A DNA stretch of 64,000 nt from assembly GCA_964016885.1 (NCBI GenBank), contig OZ024751.1:38626001-38690000 (forward strand), written 5' to 3'. Every line of letters begins with the position of its first letter. The stretch's first letter is position 1. Origin of the DNA: Eledone cirrhosa. Taxonomy: Eukaryota. The translations under genes were made by a program, and so were the position numbers. Below are positions 45,253-60,405 of this stretch, piece by piece. The notes under the pieces were generated by a model. The model did no database searches. It had not been told where the DNA came from and saw only the letters and a list, made by a program, of their open reading frames with translations.

Positions 45253-46704
45253 TATATTTGGGAAACGCAAATATGTATGTCCATACTTGTTTGTGTATAT
45301 ATATATATTTCTTCTGATCTTGAAATCTTATTCTTAAACATTATACACAGTGAAATAAAAATATGTTCACGCCATTCATGGTTTCACATAAAATATTAAT
45401 GTCGTCGACAGATGCGGATGTCCGTCTGTCTTTATCACACACTATGTGTATAAATATATATGATATGTATGAGTGTGTGTGATTAAGTCATGGTGTTTGT
45501 TTCTATAAAAGTTCTTGTATACATATATACATATTGAATAACCATATAAATAAAAAGATTTGATGCATAATCTCATTCTTCACATGTATGAGATGTACAC
45601 ATATTGCCTTATATGGTGAGTATAAATGTGTTAATAGATGTACATATTTAAAGTTACATATTGAATTTAAGCTTGTATTACACTGTTTCAAGTTCAGTTA
45701 TAGAATGCTTAAATTGTTCAAAAATGATATTTGAAAGTGTTATGTCACCGGTATATAAGATATTGATCGCCATATTTACTGATAGCTATTTATGGCTGAG
45801 AAACAGACTAAAAGTGACAATGCGATGCGTGCTTTCATGGTGTTTGAAATTAACTTCCTAAGTGTAATGCTTGGCGTAACGAATGGATACATATGCAATA
45901 CTCATATACGCAGCAGATTAGGTGTATTTGAGATTAGTTGAAGATGCTGTAATTTCAATACAACTCATATTTAAGCATGTAGTCAGCAGTTATGAGGGAA
46001 TAACCATCAATGCCTATTATAGATCAGAATTCACAAACCTAAGACGAAGAGTAGAGCCTCCACGGCGTTCGACAAACAGCATCCGAAACCAACAACTGCA
46101 GTACATCACTGCTTCCCAGAGCTGAGAGACGAGCAAATGATTAAGCCCAATGGAGAAGGGATGTATTTTGGGGGATGCGAGGGGATAATGTATCCTAAGC
46201 AAAAAAGAAGGATAAATATATATATAATCATCTGCATTAGACATACATTGAATAAACTGAAGGATAGTGTTTGTGAAATCTCAAATTTTATTATTAATTG
46301 CGTCTTTTCATTTAGATGTTTCGCTGACATTTGCCTTTCAAAAGAGTTCTGAGAAGCTACTACAGGTCAAACTTTCACACAAATGGAATTATTTCTGTTA
46401 ATGTAACGCAAAATATTGCTGCGGGAAGCGACCAAAATACAGACTAATTATATTTACATATATACAAATATTAATTCTACATTTTAAACATTATCATTTA
46501 GAACGACCCACTCTGACTGTTACGTGAAAAATTATTGAGGAAATAAGATTCAAAGACATCATTACAGTTCTTTTTCGAAGGACCTAGAAATGATGAGACG
46601 TCGGTTATACGTATATTGATCGTTTGCAAAATAAAAAGAAACACAGTACATGTATGCAATATTAAAGCTAATCATGGGGAGAGTTTTCTCAAGCACGTCT
46701 TTTA

Positions 46705-46899
46705 TTGGGCCCTGTCAGAGGCAACTTTCTCCAACTGCCCAGACCTAGTCCTCAAGTGAGACCAGGCGTGATCAGCCTCTTGGCGGTTGGGTTTGCCCCC
46801 TAAAACCTATCCCACAATCCTTTCCCTAGACATTCTGACCACTTATCCGTAGTATCTGAGCTGTGATCGTCATTTCAGCACTACCGGAGCGACTCCATG
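46705..46899 (-). mobile_element. Degraded RTE-clade LINE ORF C-terminal fragment
   Basis: HGVAPVVLK*RSQLRYYG*VVRMSRERIVG*VLGANPTAKR, then (frameshift) AWSHL...LEKVASDR; resembles RSQLRWFGHxxRMxxxR...PTGRRP. Confidence 0.7.
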
Positions 46900-49104
46900 A
46901 TCCACGGTTTCTAATTTAGACATAAGTCCGGTTGCCTGAAAGTATGGGAAAGTCGATTATACTAACACTCGGGATAAAAAGGCCGAAAGGATGAAAAGGA
47001 ATGTTGAACTAAGACGCATTTGAACTCACCACGTAAAGAGATATAACTCATAAAATAAATCTTATTGTCCGATGAATCTGTGAATCCACCAACTCTAAAT
47101 TAAAAGATATTATAATAATATTATAATATGACTTCGTAAGAAGACTGAACACGAAATCCACGTTTTGTTAAACGAAAACTAAAATAACAAGTAAAAAATA
47201 ATTCAATAATGAATGTTGATTGAACTCGAATATATTTCATATTAATTTATATTAATGGCCTCGAAATAAATTGGTATCAATTAGAGCTATTTAATAAGTA
47301 TTAATCATATGCACCAACCACTAAAATAATAGGCGAGCAAAAAAAAAAATATGAAAAATAAATATGAATTAAAATTTTAGCAATTCTATTAAGGTTCCTT
47401 CCTCATCCGTTACAATTTATTACCTTTCACATTAAACTGTCTCGTTAACACTTAGAGAAGTCGATGTCTTTCAAGAACTGTTATTAATACTAATTTAAAT
47501 GCAACGACAGCAATTTCGTTTTCGTTAAATTTGATAGTATTTTTATATTCTTCGTGCTCATTCTTTATATCCACAACGAAATAGTCAACTTGATTATCGG
47601 ACATATGTATGAAGTGTTTCAATTAATAATACTCAATGTTGTATTTCATAACATGCGCTCTGGATGTTATACTATGTACAGCTACACCAGAATAAAAACA
47701 AAACAATGAGATGAGTGGTGAAAGTTGGTAGTTAAAGCTCACACGTCTATTCGGTCTATGACGAGTTTGACCTCCAGATTCCATTGGAAGCACTTCGTGT
47801 TATTTATCTCAATACTGGTATTTGTTGAAGACTGTGTATTAAAGATTTTCCCATCTCTATTCTAAAGATATATATAATACGCCCCAACAGTTTAAAAGGT
47901 TTAAATACAGAATCCTAACTCTGAGTTTAGCTTCCTTCTTTCCGAACAACATCGAAACCTGATCTTAAATTTAACTGGCAAGTGACTGGCTATACATATA
48001 CGTATAGCCATAATGTAATATCCAGTGTGATAAAATATGTGAAAAGTGTGGCCCTATGAATAATAGGAACAATTTCTACCAGCTAAGTTGACTGGAACAA
48101 CGTGAGCTAACCACCATCAATCCTGGGCCTCACACCTACCTCTATTATGATATTATGATAATAGCATTCTTCTACTATTATGTATTACTGATCCACTACA
48201 AAGTTCAAGTGATATCTGTGGGGATATAGAAAAACAATATTGGAGACTCTATAAACGGTAATAGAAATTACATAATCCTCAATTCCTTGAAATGAGTTGA
48301 ACCATAAGCATATGAATGGTTCGAGTAAGAAGAAAATATATTCACCTTGTTGTGGCAACGAAGTATTAGTATTTCAAAAACGGTTTCAGAAATATACATA
48401 AGATTTCCATTTTTGATTACTGAATATCCAAAGGCACATTTACACCATCCACTAACTTACGTTTATCCCATAAATGCATGTTTTATTCGCTTACATGATT
48501 TCAAATACGAACATGCATTCTTTCTTTCATCCCAGAATATTGTAATAGTCAAAATTAATTATTCATGAGGTCATGCATAATATATGGATCGCAAATGTGC
48601 AGAGCAACCGCAGAATACCTGAGATCTAGACTCATTTTTGTACACTGATTTCGAATCACGTCGAAGTCAATTTTCCCTTCCTTCCAGTATGGGATTCTAA
48701 AATATAGGAGTAGACCGTGACATAGGATCAGCAGAATTTGTGGTATGTTGAATGAAAAGGTTTCCATTCTGATTTCACACACCCTATTGATTGGTTTGGT
48801 TAGTAGACGTAATACGTCACTCAGTTTAACTTCCACCCCACCCTTTATGTATCAACACTCAAATCCACTCTTTTACAGCAGGCAGTAGGATTACGTCAGT
48901 GATTTGATTATATCTTTCCTACTGCTACCCTCTCTCACAGGCTCTGAAAAATTATTATGGACCTACCCTTCCCTTCCGGATAAAAGAAACAACACACACA
49001 CAAACAATATATATATATATATATATTAGTGGATATATATATAGAGAGAAAGAGATGTGGATCACAGCCTGGTTGCATACATACAAATATATACATACAA
49101 ACCC

Positions 49105-49168
<64 letters not shown>

Positions 49169-50527
49169 TATTTGATGATTTAAATTAGAAGAAAATGGCA
49201 TTTAACTATTATAAAATATAAAACTAAAACAAAAAAAAGAGATTCTTTGAAAAATTGAAACATACTTTCTGTTTTGCAAATTAATCGGAAGCACAGTTGC
49301 TAGCGTATTAATTCTGTATTTTTATAATAATTTTGCTTTTCTGCGCATAACATTTTTCACACTTCACTGATTCAGAATATGTTCGTTTTAACCTTTGCCG
49401 AAATTTTCATTTTCAACTCCTACTTTCAGCCGATCATTTTTTACTCATTGATTTTTGACTAACAAATGCACTCATCAATTTTTGCTTTTTTTCACTGTTA
49501 TCATAATTAACAATGTTGAGAGATTAAAGTTATTTTTTGTTCATATTCCCAAAGGAATATTCATTTTAATGTTCAAACAAAATGAAAGCGTAGTTGTTTC
49601 TGAGCAGAAAATATTTTTTGAAAAATCAAATAAAAATATAATAATAATTAAATATTAATAATAATAATAATGTTAATAATAGAATATAAAATAAATTACT
49701 GGACTTTAATTTAAATTTTGATGAATATGTGGACATGATCACTTGATTAAATCACGAAGTTTCAAATTGATGTAAAAAATTACATGAAAAATCAACAACA
49801 TGTTTCAAATGTTTGAAATTTGACAGCCAGTGAGGAATGCAGGAAGTAGCATTAAACTTTAGAATAGTATAAATATTGCCACTACAGTTACAAAATAAGT
49901 TACCAATATAATACTAAATCAGATGAATTTTGACGTTTCGAGATCATGGGGTCGTCTACTGAGGTTTAGCAAGCCAGTCAGAGAAATTATGAAAAAAATG
50001 TAATGCCGAATAAGATGACATTTATTAATTTTCAAACCCAATCTGTAACTATGAATATAGAATGTTTGAAACATATCAAACCCGTTCGTTAGCGTCTCTA
50101 ACATGACCTAGACCCATAACAAAAACCCAATTTCAGGTGACCCGTCATTAGGAGAAACAATAAAGTTTGAAACGCTGAGAGGTTTTATGGGAGGCGTCTA
50201 ACATTTTAGTTGTATTCTGAATGTAGCCAGCGAAAATTGTCAAATATTTATTCAGAGACATAAGTTAAAAGTGTAAACGTGTGTGAAGCTAAAATATTTC
50301 TATTTCTATTGAAGAGAAATAATAATTTTTTTAAATACTTATACAGAGTTAGTTGATTCCCAAATAGAGTTAGTATCTTATGTAATTCATAAACTACATA
50401 CATGTGACAAATATGAGTAAAACAGAAATCGTAATCACATCAAAATCTATTTCAAAAATTATTGTATAAAATATTATAATTTGATATAGTTACATTCTTC
50501 TTTATAATAAATATGATAATTATGGCC

Positions 50528-50566
<39 letters not shown>

Positions 50567-50571
<5 letters not shown>

Positions 50572-50843
50572 TTATTTATAAAACTGATCAATATTTATTT
50601 ATTTATAAAACTAATCAATATTTATTTATTTATAAAACTGATCTATATTATATTTTATCTGATGAAAGCACACCATAATTTAACTTGGTGTCCTTGAAAT
50701 ATGTATAATAAAATAAATATGGTTTTATAAATATAGTTTCCATTTGTTAATATATCGTATTTTTACTCCAATAATTTGTTGAGTTATTTATATCAGTTAT
50801 AAACATATTTGCTTGTTGTATCCCAACAATTTAAATAGAACTT

Positions 50844-50848
<5 letters not shown>
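50567..50848 (+). mobile_element. TA-embedded insert with hammerhead motif and a 3x27-bp tandem repeat
   Basis: CTGATGA(50659)-AAGCACACCA(10 nt)TGGTGTCCTT-GAAA-TATGTA; stem II pairs 9/10; TA tracts on both sides. Confidence 0.6.
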
Positions 50849-50888
<40 letters not shown>

Positions 50889-51820
50889 GGGTCCTAATCA
50901 CCTTCACAATTTCGTTGTTTATTGTCAAAAAATTCGAATATAAACACAGCGATATCAAATTCTATTCTGAATATTAGACGTAGTTAATATAGGTAAGTTT
51001 ATATTATTACATTATGTTTCTTTGTATTGAGCAAACTAGTTATGGTCGGCTCTATATAAGAGCAACGAAATCAAAAATTGAACTCCAATCGTTGACTCGA
51101 TGATTCGTTTCACTAGTAAATTACGCAGAGGTCTATAATATTAGACATATTACACACTATATATTTTTGATTCTTTGTTGTTTTTCTTTTCGATTTTTAC
51201 ACATCTGAAGATATTTAGTGAGAGAAAGAAAATGAGTGAGAAGATAGAATATCGAAAGCACAATGAAAGAAACAGTTATAGACTGATCGAGTGAAAAAGC
51301 AAAAGAGAGAACGAGTGATAGAGAAAAATGTCGACTGGCTATATTAAAAAGAAAGTGATGGGTTATTTCTTTTGTTCAGCTGAAACCATTTTAGTTATAA
51401 AGATCAGGTATCATTGTTATGTAAGACATTAAATCACAAATTTATGCATGTATAACTATTTGTGTCTTTCTCGCAAATAAACAATGACAAAAATATATAA
51501 TGTCCATTACAAATGAAAGAAAAATATTGTCGAGATTATACATGAACTTAATTAACAAATTTATACACCACACATCCTGATATTTGCGTCGCATTCTACA
51601 TTAACTTACTGAATTGAGGAAATATTTTACATACCATGAATACGTTTTCGTCCATTCATTTCAATAAATATATTCAATTTGAAATTGAAACTTCGGTGAT
51701 ATTGGTTTGTATGTTTTTTGTTTTTTTTTGTTTTTTGTTTCGGATCCACTATTTCACTATTTGCTTAAAACTCATTGTAGATTATATATTATATTATAAA
51801 TTTATTGTATTATTTATTTT

Positions 51821-51884
<64 letters not shown>

Positions 51885-51904
51885 TATATATATATAATAT
51901 ATAT

Positions 51905-51977
<73 letters not shown>

Positions 51978-53502
51978 TATTGAAATAGAACACAAAGAAA
52001 TTGTTAAAATACAAAACTAATTCAATGTGATCGTAAATGTGTTTTGTAAGATTTCAATATTTCTACTAACCTTTAGTTATAACATTGTAAGTTACAAAGG
52101 CGAGAGAATCATTATAAATTGCCTCCCAGTGTGACTACAAGCAGCTTGGAATAGAAGAAAGATCTTAATGTTTATTGGAAATTCTTTTCTCTGAGAATGA
52201 TTACAGTAATATTTACTGTGTCTAACATTTATCTCTGAATACGTCGCTAGTTTGTATATAGAATATGTGACTATACAAACATTCTCCAACAGTGTTAAAA
52301 AGAAATTGAATCGCCATATTGCTTTCGTACCCAGAAAACAAGGGTTAAAATTGGAGACAATAAAGTTAGCTTAACGAACGCTAAATAATAGAAAAGGTTA
52401 AAATGTCACAGTTAAAAATGACACGAATCGAAAATAGGGAAAATAGGCTCACATACTCTCGACATTTTACTTGGATACATCCTGGAGTACCACCTTTATT
52501 TAGTATTTAGTCGATTATATCCACTCCGTGATATATTTTTTTAGTTCATTACAGGCGCGTGCACAAACACACGCATATATATATATATATATATATATAT
52601 CCATACACACATAGACCACACGATGGGATTTTACTACTATGTAGGATGCTAAAGAGTTTGATTATATCTGGTTGCAATTTGGTCACGTCGTTCCATATAA
52701 CTTTCTTACCGAACATTTGCAGACCATTTGTGGCGTGGTCAACTTTGTTGCAATCATTTGCTCAACTTTGGGGATACATAATGGCTACCCCCACTTAACA
52801 GCTCAAGGACTCTGGCCTAAAAGTAAATCATAAGTAAAGTTATTCTCTGACTTATTAATCATTAATATGAAAAACAAAAACAATGTAAACCGAAATGAGA
52901 TAAAGTACATTTTAATAGAAATTAATGGGGTCCAAGATATAAGACTGAAGAAGAAAACGAGTAATCGCTACAATTGGAATATTACTGATCATAGGTAGCT
53001 TTTGATTAGTGCTAATTTCGATCTGAATAACAGCTGCAACCGCTAAACCCATCATTTCTACTACTACCACTACTATTACAAACAAATGTACATTTGGAAT
53101 GTCTGTCAGATTTGTAATGAAGGAAACACTACCAATGATTTAAAAGTGACCTCTAAATTTAAATATATATATATATATATATATATATACATGCACATAT
53201 ATAGACACTCACATATATACGCAAATAAACATATGTACATACACATACACAAGTGTGTGTGTATATCAATTGACTGACGAAGAAGTAAATGTCATTATTT
53301 ATCGTGGAAAATGAATTCGAATCTTAAACTTTCGCGTCCTTCAGTCAATTCAGAAGTACTTTTATTACATTTTGAGTGATGGCAATTTGGAAAATCCTGT
53401 GATTGCTTTCTAATAAAATGCTATTTGGTAACTGCGATATTGCAGTATACTTCATTTTAGAGTATCGAACTAGAGAAAGTATATTTGTTAGTGTATATAT
53501 AA

Positions 53503-53544
<42 letters not shown>

Positions 53545-54465
53545 ATCGGATAGCCTATATTGTTCGGATAGCCTTGGGCATTTCTACTAGTTTCCTTTAC
53601 AGTAAATATAGTTTTCATATATTCAACGAACGGTAAACATTTCTTAAATATATAAGCTTATGTACTTATAAAATGAATGTATTGCAACTTGAATATACTG
53701 GTCATAATTTATTGAAAAGCATTTACGACTAAAATTCCAGGATAAACATTGAAATAAAATAGTGAATAAAGAAAATACGATTACAAAATCCAACGTTATG
53801 ATTTATGAAGGAAATTAGAAATCCACCAGTAACTTTTATGACAAATTTTAAAACTTGTGATAAGCTCCTTTCTATCATTTCCTTTTAAGAAATAAGAAAA
53901 AAAATAGCTGCTCTTTAGTATATTTTACTACCAGTGCTAAATACGTTTGAAATATGAAAAATTCATGTTTATTGCTTAAAATAGAGTTATTATATTTACG
54001 AAGGTTTATGATCATAAAGAAGTTTTAGTTGACAAATCGAACTTTAAAATGTAATTTTGTTGTTCGCAAAATGATTGTAATCAAATAGGAAGGTTTTTCA
54101 ATATTGCGCAATGTCATAAATGCGTTAGCTTAGTAAAATTTGTGAATAACATAATTTACAACTGATCATTAGAAGCTAAGTACTGCCATCTCCGTGCATC
54201 ACATGTTTCCTAAAACATTGAAGCAGCCATTATTATTCCATTAGCCCACCTTTTTTTCATCTACATTATTTTGAATACTAAATACAGGCAGCAAATAGAA
54301 AATATATTACTTCATCCTTGAATTGTAGATATTTAAATTGAAGAATGTTTGACGAAAGAAGAAGGAAATGCTTAAATGTGTGTATTTTCAATGTGAATAT
54401 AAAGCAAATAATTGTGAAATATAATTTCGTCTAACTCAATGTTATATATTACGTTATCGACATAC

Positions 54466-54494
<29 letters not shown>

Positions 54495-54502
<8 letters not shown>

Positions 54503-55075
54503 TAAAATAACAGATTAAAGTTTAAGCAAAGAATCGCTGATTTCACCATTAACGGGATCTTCTGAAACTAACAAAGTCAATCTGTAAACGCAGAAGTGGA
54601 TGTTTCAAAAAACGTTGCAACCGGAGGAAGACAGGAAGACGATACTTTGGTTCGTGGAAACGTTCATTGCCAGAGAACGTCTCTATGAACCACCTAAGAG
54701 AACATTAGTCTACGACCTCTTTTATACCATAAACGTGGTTCTGTCTTTGCGCGTAATTGTTTTTCACCGCTCCTATTAATAACGTATTATATTCGATTTT
54801 TCCCGTTCTTTGCCAGCGAGCGTTTCCACGAACCAAAGTATCGTCTTCCTGTCTTCCTCCGGTTGCAACGTTTTTTTTAAATATCCACTTCTGCGTTTAC
54901 AGATTGACTTTGTTAGTTTCAGAAGATCCCGTTAAGGGTGAAAGCAGCGATTCTTTGCTTAAACTTTAATCTGTTATTTTAATAAATATTTGCTCTACGG
55001 TTCTTATATATTTGATATATATTTATCCTTATCGAGCCCTCTTTGGATTTTAGTCTTCAAATTTATTATTATTAC
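54495..55075. mobile_element. Family D fold-back PLE-like element with variant HHR
   Basis: ~185-bp inverted arms 54495-54679 and 54804-54989, tail 54990-55075, TA tracts on both sides. Confidence 0.8.
54915..54965 (+). ncRNA. Type I hammerhead-like fold with CAGAAGA core (family D)
   Basis: AGTTT-CAGAAGA-TCCC(gttaa)GGGT-GAAA-GCA(9 nt)TGC-TT-AAACT; stems I, II and III all pair. Confidence 0.6.
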
Positions 55076-55093
55076 TATATATATATATATATA

Positions 55094-55170
55094 GTAATAA
55101 TAATAAATTTGAAGACTAAAATCCAAAGAAGGCTCGATAAGGATAAATATATATCAAATATATAAGAACG

Positions 55171-55174
<4 letters not shown>
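55094..55174 (-). mobile_element. Family D 3'-tail fragment, tail-to-tail with the preceding element
   Basis: Near-perfect reverse complement of ~54997-55075 across a short (TA)n; followed by (TA)n. Confidence 0.8.
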
Positions 55175-55246
<72 letters not shown>

Positions 55247-58200
55247 ATTAACCATATATACAACGTCAATTCTTGTTGAAATATTTCTATACATATACAA
55301 ATGATATTTTGTCCTTAATGGGAGGGGACAGGTTACGAGGTGCGTAACGCCAGATGAACGCCGGCTGTAATCTGTTTCTTGCTAATATTATCAATATAAA
55401 ACTACGAAAAACATTTGGTATATTTGAATAAATCATTTCACAGTGGTGGTGCAGCAGCATGACACATCTCCAATGATCATAGCTAAATAAATTCAAAGAT
55501 AGTAAAATTAATGTACAAGTTTGAAGGTTATTGGTAAGTACATCAGTTGTTATGATTAGGATTAATTTGTTCCATATGTGTTTCCCTGTTTTTTATAAAG
55601 CGTATGGTAGTTGTGGTTCGACGGAAAGATGACTAATATTTCAAGCAACGCGAGCATTGTCACAGATCTTCCCGCGTTGTTATAAAAGGTTGAAATATCT
55701 ACGCCTTGACAAAGTCAAAATTTTTCTATAACTGGCTTGTGACAACGATAGACTGTAATGCCTTAAGGACGGCAATTTAAAACTTTCATATATACGGAAT
55801 AACTCTCATATATAACTTATTAATTTTTTCTCAAGACGCAGAAAATAATGACTTGTGTTATTGTGAATTTACTTTCATTTTTAATATTATATTGAATAGC
55901 ATAGGGAGTAAAATGCCTTGCGAGAATGAGTTACACACCCTTTACGTTAGGGTTTTGAACGTCACCAATATCAACTCTGATTTTCCTTATTTCAAACTCC
56001 ATGAAATAAAGTGCCAGGGATAATCTAATCTAATATACTCCCACAGCCATGTAAAAGTTGTGACAATGTGCCTTATTACAAGTTGATATTAAATGTAAAA
56101 AAGCATTGTGTTTAGGAATTATTAGAGCGGGGAGAATCCCTTTTGATATTTACCCTTCAGCTACATGTAGTTAATTTCGAATCTGACATTCGGACTTGAT
56201 CAAATAAGTAATATTCCAGAACTGTTACTAATAGAAACAGCATAAATCCGACTTACATATTATATCGTGTTGTACATATAGTGGAATTAAATATCACATT
56301 TATGATGTAGCTTGCTGCAACCTTCACAATATACGTTACAGTGGCTTGTGTTAGCCTTCTATTTCGTAGCTGAATCATTTGCGAATTAGCCACAAACATC
56401 GTTAAACTTATATATCACTGATGCAAATAGTTAATTGCAGTCAATTATCGATGCTGATTAAACCATTTTATTAAGAAGTATTAGTATACTCCATTACAAC
56501 TTAAAATGTAAATTTTGTACCAAAGATTTAAGGAGAACTTGTATAATACCTCAATATTTTGCATCTAATACTAAGGATTATGTCACTCAAATGCCATGAA
56601 TGAATTGTACAACATATTTTAGCTTTTACATAGCAGCTTGTTCCCCTGTTTATAGTCTCAATATATTATATTATATCATTACTGACCAATGTTAACGATT
56701 CCTGATTAAGAAAACAATTGTGTTAGCTTATCTATTTGAAAAAGAAACGCTTCCATTTTTGCTCATTTCATATAAATGTGTCGACCATTTTAAATGAAAA
56801 CCTATCTGGTGATTGTTGAGACAACATGAACAAAATTGAAAGGAAACTTAGACATAAGTAAATTGGACACTATACATACTAGAGCTCGTTAATACTTAAA
56901 AGAATTCAGAGACAATAATACGCTTTCATATTGAGAGAGAGAAATTACATTTTAACAAAGAACTATATTCTAATGTAAAAAAAAAAATATACGATGAAAG
57001 ATTTCTCGTCAAGTGGAAAGAATGTACAAAGTAGCAAATACATAAAAACTGTAGCGTTCATATGTTTTTATATGTTGTTGTCGGTCTCTGTATTAATGGA
57101 AAAGTTTCGAACTCTTTTTTCTTGGTTTTCATCTTTCTCTCATTTCCCTTTAAAACCAAAAATGTTTAGAAATAAATCATTCTTATTTATCAGTGTTGTT
57201 ACTAATGTTATGAAATCATCAGCAACATCATCATTAATATATAATATATAACTTTTAATTCATATCATTATTGTTATTTATAAATTATCATCACCAGCGT
57301 TACAACGTGAAAATCATTATTTTACACAGATCTTTCAACTTTGTATTAATATTACAATTATTATAAACTTCACTATTAGCATCTTCATACAAACGTGACC
57401 ACCATAATATCAATCTTACCACTTACCTTTACTTTTTTCAATGCATCATCTTCATTGTAGTAATCATGTCTTATTATCACAGCCACTGTTAGACATCTAT
57501 AATATTATTATCATCATCTTCATATATATTATTATCACAATGTACCTTAGTATCATTATTTATATTATTATCAATATTACTATTAATACTGTTTTCAGCG
57601 TGGTAAACTCCTCTTGTTTATCGAGACAGAATCAATCAAACTTTAAAATGATTATATGCAAGAAAAAATAATAGAGTAATAAAAAAGTTTGACATTTAAA
57701 TTGACTTCATGTCGAACTAAATAATTCAAAAACAGAACGAATCAATCAAATCTGTTGAAAAATCCACCGAAGTTTTAATGGCAGTTTGTTGTAATACAGG
57801 TATTTCGTTTATAATCGAACATCAACATTTTCCTACATCAGGTAAAACAAAACAAAATCATAAAAAAAAGATAACACAACAAAAGCCAAACGTTAAAAAA
57901 AATGATTATAGAAATATTGTAAAAATAAAAAAATACTAAAAGAAAATTACTATTTTGTTTCATATTAGTACGTATGTTTTTTAAAGATATTTATTTATCG
58001 GTTTAATGTTTAAATAGTTTTTATAGTTTTATTTCATTAAATATCAAAGAGGCTTATGCGGTTATTGTTCATAATTCAATATCCTCTATATTTATTTATG
58101 TATTATATACATTTATTTATCTAGATATTTTTAACTTTTATCTAGATATTTATCTAGATATTTTTAACTGTTATATTTACGACTTGGGACGTTAATCCTA

Positions 58201-59503
58201 AATGCATATCTGAACATTTATATTCTTTCAGTAATAAAGCCAGTTTTCAATATAATCTTTTAAAAATATACTTTCTCTCAAAACACCACCAAAATATAAC
58301 GGATAAACGGAAACAAAATAAAACAACAAAATCTGTGCAATTACTCTTGAGCAACAGAAGCTAAATTCCAGCCTGAGTTGACGATATTTTGACACGAAAT
58401 GAAGCTTTAATTGAACAGGTGTCAAAAATACTTGAAACGTAATCACAGACTTAAGATGTTGAAATAGAATTCTTAATGTTTGATTGGGGCAGTTATGATA
58501 GCTATAATGCGATTCGGCTTTCTAGTGTCAAGTATTAAATATTTCACCGGAAAAAATGTAGCACAATCTTAATAATGGCTGTGATAGTAGACGGCTGATG
58601 AATTTGCACTCAGAGAGACAACATATGACACCTACGTATGAATCAATATAAAAATAAAATGGTATAAGTGCATGTTTTATTGACGATAGAATAGACATAA
58701 AGTGGTAAATACATATATACCCATACATGGTACAAACATATATACCCATACATGCATACACTCATACATGCATACATGCACGCACATATGCATTCACCCC
58801 ACCCACCCCCACACACACACGCAAACATAATAGCAGTTCGAAAAGTTGAAATCTTTAAAGTGAGTGCCAAGACCTTAAAATATATATCTGGACTGATGTG
58901 ACCGTCACTATCATATTTCACTATAATAAATATCGACTACCTTTCGGCTTTGTAGAAATATGTCGTAATTTTATTGCGGTGAGGTCGGAATTTTGTGTTG
59001 GCCATCCTTGGCTTAAGGGTATTTTTGGTAAAAATCAAACAGGAAATTGAAAATATGTTGTGCTCCTCATTTGATAAGCGCTTACCTCACGAATTCTGAC
59101 GCTGAACTCATTTGATTAATAAAATATTAATTCCAATTAGAAAAACATACAGAAATCACACTTCAGACCTCTCGCAACCCAATGGCAGATGTATTACAGA
59201 ATTATTGCACAATCTGAGAATGGTAAATGGATTGCAATTGATTTGTATATTACCGTGGGGCACAAGACTTATAAATAGTACTCATAATTCTATAATTCTA
59301 TTGAGTGTAACGTGGTTATGGGGATGTTGTCGGGTTCTGTAACGTATGTACAAACATTTGTCCAAGGGCAAAATGTCAGGAACATTGACTCGAATAGCTT
59401 CATTCAATTATTTAACCATTGTGTGGTTTAGACAGGCTCATTTATCGAACATCATTCTAAATCATCAGATGTATGAATCAATTTATATTAAATGGTTACG
59501 CTC

Positions 59504-59665
59504 GTAAAAAAGAAGCACTTTCAGTACTAAAACATATTACACAAAGTTTAATAGTATACTCTTATAGAATACACATGATAGTAAAAAAGAAGCTCCTTCA
59601 GTACTAAAACATATTACGTAAGATTTACTAGTATATTGATATACAATACACGTGATGTTAAAAAA
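59504..59665 (+). repeat. Diverged 77-bp tandem duplication
   Basis: gtaaaaaagaagc..ttcagtactaaaacatattac at 59504 and 59581. Confidence 0.85.
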
Positions 59666-60205
59666 ATTCATAGTTATCTCAGAGGATGTGTACAGTATCT
59701 AAACAATATGTTGATACGATTCTTATTTAATATAAAACATAATCTACGTAACATGTAATATATAATATTCTCGCCTCGATTATAAAATTGTGTTCGATGT
59801 TTTATTAATCTCATAACAAAAGTGCAATTTTTTTTTTATTGTTTCTTGTTCCTGAGAAGATCTTACCAAGACGGTGGCTTTATAAATATAAAAGAAACAA
59901 ACTAAAATCATTTAATCAAGTATTTCTGTTCATTCCCTTACAAAAGGCATCAATAATGGCGCATGTTTAACCAGAGGCTTTTCTTAAACCACAGTATTTC
60001 AAATTAATCATGAAAAATAAAAATTCTTGAACTTTAGGCAGTTCTGATAATTAATTGTTGTTTTTTATTGGATTTTCATGAGAAACCAATTCAACATTCC
60101 TGCTTTTGGCTCCCCAGTGAAAGTATGACCAGCTACTAACAATTTCTAGAGAATAACAAGAGAGCAGCACTCACATCCACACATATTCAGTTTAGCAATA
60201 AAAGA

Positions 60206-60405
60206 NNNNNNNNNNNNNNNNNNNNNNNNNNNNNNNNNNNNNNNNNNNNNNNNNNNNNNNNNNNNNNNNNNNNNNNNNNNNNNNNNNNNNNNNNNNNNNN
60301 NNNNNNNNNNNNNNNNNNNNNNNNNNNNNNNNNNNNNNNNNNNNNNNNNNNNNNNNNNNNNNNNNNNNNNNNNNNNNNNNNNNNNNNNNNNNNNNNNNNN
60401 NNNNN
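60206..60405. other. Assembly gap (200 N)
   Basis: Run of N of round length. Confidence 0.99.
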
